62,655 bases of DNA from Acidimicrobiia bacterium. Its GTDB lineage: Bacteria; Actinomycetota; Acidimicrobiia; Spongiisociales; JAHEDJ01. The notes beneath the pieces are model-generated. The model saw only the letters and a list, made by a program, of their open reading frames with translations. It made no database searches and was not told the origin of the DNA. Positions 59,551 through 62,655 of the stretch are shown here, in pieces; the stretch's first letter is position 1, and the number at the start of each line of letters is the position of its first letter. The position numbers were made by a program, and so were the translations under genes. The DNA lies in assembly GCA_029210695.1 (NCBI GenBank), contig JARGFH010000019.1, forward strand, positions 1 through 62,655, in the 5' to 3' direction.

Positions 59551-60726
59551 TCACTCTGGTCGGTGGCCGTCCTCGACGTCGTCGTCCTCTTCGGATACAT
59601 TCTCAGATCCTTCGACGCGCTCGGCGATCAGCGCCTCCAGGCGGCCGGTGGTCTCGTACGGGCGATCGGTGAGCAGGTTGACCACGCTGGACTCTGGATC
59701 ATCGGAGACCGCCTGGTGCACGGCGATGGCCATACCGGTGAGCGGTACCGCCAGGAAGACCCCGACGATGCCGAAGGCCACGCCACCCACACCGATGGCA
59801 AGGAGAATCAGCAACGGGTGGAGGGAGAGCGCCTTCTTGAAGACGATCGGATGGAGAACGTTGCCCTCGAACTGCTGCACACCGACCACCACGGCCAGGA
59901 TGATGAGCGCGTCGGTGCCACCTCCGCTCACGAACGACACCGCCACGGCGAGCAGTCCAGAGATGAAGGCACCGATGATCGGGAAGAACCCGCCGATGAA
60001 CACCAGCGACATCAGCGGCAGGACGAGCGGCGTTCCCACGATCGCCAGACCGATCCCGATGAAGATCGCGTCGATGAGTCCCACAATGGCGAGACCGCGG
60101 ACGTAGCCCGACAGCGTCCGCCAGGCGGCCTCGAGGCCGCGTCGAGTGCGATCCGGGTCGGACACCCGCTGCAACAGTCCTTGGTACGCCCGGTCGCCGT
60201 CCTTCAGATAGAAGAAGGTCACCAGCAGCGTGAGGACGAGACCGGTGACGATCTCGAAGGCGACGGTCGCCCCACCGAGCACACCGGTGGTGATCGCTCC
60301 TGCATTGTTCTGGATCTGAGCAATCGCATCGTCGATGTGGCCCTCGATGTCGGCTTGCGACAGCCCGAGCGGGCCTTCGCTCAACCATTCCGTCACCCAC
60401 TGCACCGACTCGTCCAGGGCCTCACCGAGCGGCTCGATTCCGTCTGCGAACGACGGAACCAGGAAGAGGACGAACAGAGCGACGACCGGGACGAGACCGA
60501 GGATCGTCCCCCAGGTGGCGAGGGCAGGCGACCACCCTCGCGCCTTGAGCCGCTGGGCCAGCGGGCTGAGCACAGACGCTGCGAACAGACCGAGGATGAT
60601 CGGCAGTACGACCACCTTGACGACAGCCACCGCTCGGAACGTGATGTAGACCGCGGCGAGAACCAGGAGGTAGCGCCAGCTGAACGCAGCGGCCTTCTTC
60701 AGCCACACGGGGGTTGAGTCAATCAT
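59551..60726 (-). CDS. AI-2E family transporter
   Basis: FFYLKDG, FPIIGA, QQFEGNVLHP, LHP and GVFLAVP. Confidence 0.92.
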   Translation of the reverse strand: MIDSTPVWLKKAAAFSWRYLLVLAAVYITFRAVAVVKVVVLPIILGLFAASVLSPLAQRLKARGWSPALATWGTILGLVPVVALFVLFLVPSFADGIEPLGEALDESVQWVTEWLSEGPLGLSQADIEGHIDDAIAQIQNNAGAITTGVLGGATVAFEIVTGLVLTLLVTFFYLKDGDRAYQGLLQRVSDPDRTRRGLEAAWRTLSGYVRGLAIVGLIDAIFIGIGLAIVGTPLVLPLMSLVFIGGFFPIIGAFISGLLAVAVSFVSGGGTDALIILAVVVGVQQFEGNVLHPIVFKKALSLHPLLILLAIGVGGVAFGIVGVFLAVPLTGMAIAVHQAVSDDPESSVVNLLTDRPYETTGRLEALIAERVEGSENVSEEDDDVEDGHRPE

Positions 60727-60820
60727 CGTGTCGACAGCATACGCAACGAGAGAGGCACGCGATCGCATCCGGCACGCACTAGTCGTCTCGAGCGAACCAC
60801 GGATACCACTTCGGTGTTCG

Positions 60821-60933
60821 CTCCCCAGGGACCGATGCGAAGAGAGCGTCTGCGTCTCCTACAGCTATCTGGCCGAGATCGAGAACGGCAACAAACCCCC
60901 TTGCTGTCGGTGCTGGTCGTGCTGGCCGACGCC
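60821..60933 (+). pseudogene. XRE-type helix-turn-helix fragment
   Basis: VSYSYLAEIENGNK, then a one-base frameshift to (T)PLLSVLVVLADA. No start or proper end. Confidence 0.55.
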
Positions 60934-60948
60934 GGCCCCCCGGTGTGG

Positions 60949-61356
60949 TTATTGGTCGGGGTGGGCAACGGCGACAACGGTCAGCCCGTTGATGCCGGTG
61001 AAGTCGTGCGGGTTGCAGGTGTGGATGGGTAGGTCATTGGCTAGGGCGACTGCAGCGATCATGGCGTCGTAGGCGCGTGCTGCCGGTTTGCGTACGGCTG
61101 TTCGCAAAGAGGCGGCGACTTGGCCGAAACTGCGGGCAGCTGCTGCATCATATGGGAGCGCGTCGAAATCAGCTTCGGCTTGTTGCAGGTGGGCTTGGCG
61201 GGCGGCGCGTTCCTGGTCGTTGCTGGCTACTAGCGGCCCGACCGAGAGTTCGGCGAGTGTGATTGCGGTGATCTGTGGTTCATCGGGGAGGGCGTCGGTT
61301 TCGTGGAGACGCCCAAGGAGGATGAGGGTGCCGGTATCGAGAATCCCACGGGCCAC
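60949..61356 (-). CDS. vapC: PIN-domain toxin
   Basis: ILDT, ITLAEL, YDAMIAAVA and TCNPHDF acidic tetrad. Confidence 0.92.
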   Translation of the reverse strand: MARGILDTGTLILLGRLHETDALPDEPQITAITLAELSVGPLVASNDQERAARQAHLQQAEADFDALPYDAAAARSFGQVAASLRTAVRKPAARAYDAMIAAVALANDLPIHTCNPHDFTGINGLTVVAVAHPDQ

Positions 61357-61360
61357 GAGA

Positions 61361-61597
61361 TCACACGGACGGGTCGAGGACCCGATCGAGGTCCTTGCGT
61401 AGTTGGACCGGGTCGAGGTGTGGAAGCTGCCGGCGCCGTGCGATGATCACATCAAGTTGAACTGGCTGCCGACCGAGGGGTCGCAGTTCGGCGACAGGTC
61501 TTCCGGATCGGGTGATGGTGAGCCGCTCACCTTTGGCGACGCGGTCGACGACGGCACCGCCGTGGTTGCGTAGTTCGCGGATCGAAATGTCTGGCAT
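61361..61597 (-). CDS. Phd/YefM-family antitoxin
   Basis: ISIRELRN...ITRSGRPVAELRP; directly upstream of the toxin. Confidence 0.9.
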   Translation of the reverse strand: MPDISIRELRNHGGAVVDRVAKGERLTITRSGRPVAELRPLGRQPVQLDVIIARRRQLPHLDPVQLRKDLDRVLDPSV

Positions 61598-61603
61598 GAG
61601 ACG

Positions 61604-61623
61604 AGTGTATGACGCGTGATACA
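61604..61623 (-). promoter_or_regulatory. Leaderless -10 and palindromic operator of the TA operon
   Basis: TACACT six nt before ATG 61597, overlapped by tgtatgacgcgtgataca (16 of 18 positions palindromic). Confidence 0.7.
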
Positions 61624-61746
61624 TGATTGGAAGGTGATTGGCTGCCGACCACACCGCACCGATTGCAGAATGTGTTACAAATTGCCTCGCACGGTCAACC
61701 GCGCATACCGGCACATTTTGAGCAGGTGGGAAAGCTCTAGCCCACC

Positions 61747-61924
61747 GGGCTGTGCGGTGATCGGGGAAAGCGAACATGGGTTGCGTGGGGGCGTCCGGCA
61801 TCGATACAAATTCCGTAGCATCCACTCTGATGGACAACGATTACACGCCGTCCTTCGCCCGGGCCTACGACGGCCAGTACGCCAAGGACCGTGATCCCTC
61901 CGGGGACCGAACCTTCTATCTGGA
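61747..61924 (+). repeat. 178 bp direct repeat, copy 2 (truncated methyltransferase 5' end)
   Basis: Copy of 57230-57407; identity stops abruptly after ttctatctgga. Confidence 0.92.
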
Positions 61925-62269
61925 GGGTTCGGGGCCGTCCCACCAGGATGGCCTTGGTCGAACCTGGTGCCGCTCGCGACGATCAGTCAGCAGCTCGCCG
62001 ACGCTCAGGAAAGCGGTATTCGCCAGCTGATCGGGAACCTTTTCCTCCTGGCTCCTCTGGGGTTCCTCCTACCGGTCGTCGGTGCCCGATTCCACCGGCT
62101 AGCAACCTTGCTCGGGGCCTTCGCAGTGTCGCTCGGTATCGAGCTCACGCAGATAGGCATCTCCGTTGCGGTCGGGTTCCCATATCGCGCGTTCGATGTC
62201 GATGACCTTCTGCTCAACACGATAGGCGCAGCGATCGGCTGGGCCGGCTGGCGAATCATGTTCGCCTGA
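61925..62269 (+). pseudogene. 5'-truncated VanZ-family membrane protein
   Basis: NLVPL, GNLFLLAPLG, IELTQ and RAFDVDDLLLNTIG. The recognisable VanZ sequence begins at the repeat junction and lacks the N-terminal helices. Confidence 0.75.
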
Positions 62270-62364
62270 TCTCGCGCAACCGCCACCACTACCAGCGCGC
62301 ACGACTGACCGCACCGACCACGAAATATGGGCGATATCGCCCTCCAGGCTCACCCGAGCCGAAC

Positions 62365-62655
62365 GATGCCTGTTTGGTTGTCAAGGGGGTTTTTGGGCGC
62401 GTTGGTGCCGCTCGGCCGTGACCGAGGTGATCGTGGGGTGTAGGTTTGGGGGTGGCCCGGGGTGGCTGAGCGGAAGAGCCGGCGATTCAGGATGCAACGC
62501 CGGTCACGCACGCGGCAGAGTCGTTCCTGGGTGCCCCCCGGGCCCTAACGCTGCTGCTGGTCGGTGGTCAGGTGGCGGTAGACGACGTCGGAGAGGCGCC
62601 GTTTCAGTACCCGGATCGCTTCTTTCTTTGTTTTACCTTCAGCGAGTTTGCGTTC
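62365..62655 (-). mobile_element. IS110-family element, 3' part (transposase end and non-coding right end)
   Basis: Transposase C-terminus followed by about 180 nt of structured non-coding DNA ending cccc-TTGACA-accaaacagg. Exact end uncertain. Confidence 0.8.
62545..62655 (-). CDS. IS110 transposase C-terminus (partial)
   Basis: ERKLAEGKTKKEAIRVLKRRLSDVVYRHL...* typical of the IS110/IS116/IS902 C-terminus. Confidence 0.85.
   Translation of the reverse strand, partial: ERKLAEGKTKKEAIRVLKRRLSDVVYRHLTTDQQQR

Noticed and set aside
38910..60717. Many long alternative-frame ORFs (e.g. 38910-40307, 41760-42872, 53757-54752, 59353-60717)
   Set aside because: They are shadow ORFs opposite well-supported genes, expected at high GC, and carry no motifs.
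35100..62300. Integron cassette array explaining the mosaic
   Set aside because: Genes are in mixed orientation, and no repeated attC-like sites or tyrosine integrase are visible.
1..62655. CRISPR array, tRNA or rRNA genes
   Set aside because: No regularly spaced repeats or recognisable tRNA/rRNA motifs seen by eye. TM0106 is only distantly Cas4-like and has no cas neighbours.

Overview
High-GC (about two-thirds G+C by eye) bacterial window. Gene content and leaderless TANNNT promoters point to an actinobacterium, probably Acidimicrobiia-like (inference). It has about 50 intact CDS. Metabolic genes include a kinase-aminotransferase III fusion, an AceE-like E1, a histamine/trimethylamine dehydrogenase-like flavoprotein, an FGGY kinase plus sphingosine-1-phosphate-lyase-like pair, a thiolase, an LLM oxidoreductase and a tocopherol-cyclase-like protein. 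Signalling genes include three class III nucleotide cyclases (two with STAND/TPR), two related histidine kinases, FIST and a PAS/MBL pair. There are also transporters and a VapBC toxin-antitoxin pair. IS ends bound the window: an IS21-like terminus at left and an IS110 3' end at right. From 35 kb onward the window is a mosaic with many gene fragments and two 160-180 bp diverged duplications. The most unusual element is a tightly coupled four-gene minus-strand operon at 51448-56348. It encodes a HET-C/Zn-phospholipase-C-like protein with PLAT and C2-like domains, a small beta-rich protein ending in Trp, a class I isoprenoid-synthase-fold protein and a single-domain class II terpene-cyclase-like protein. 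All calls are from motif recognition by eye; no searches were run. Several single-base frameshifts may be sequencing errors.
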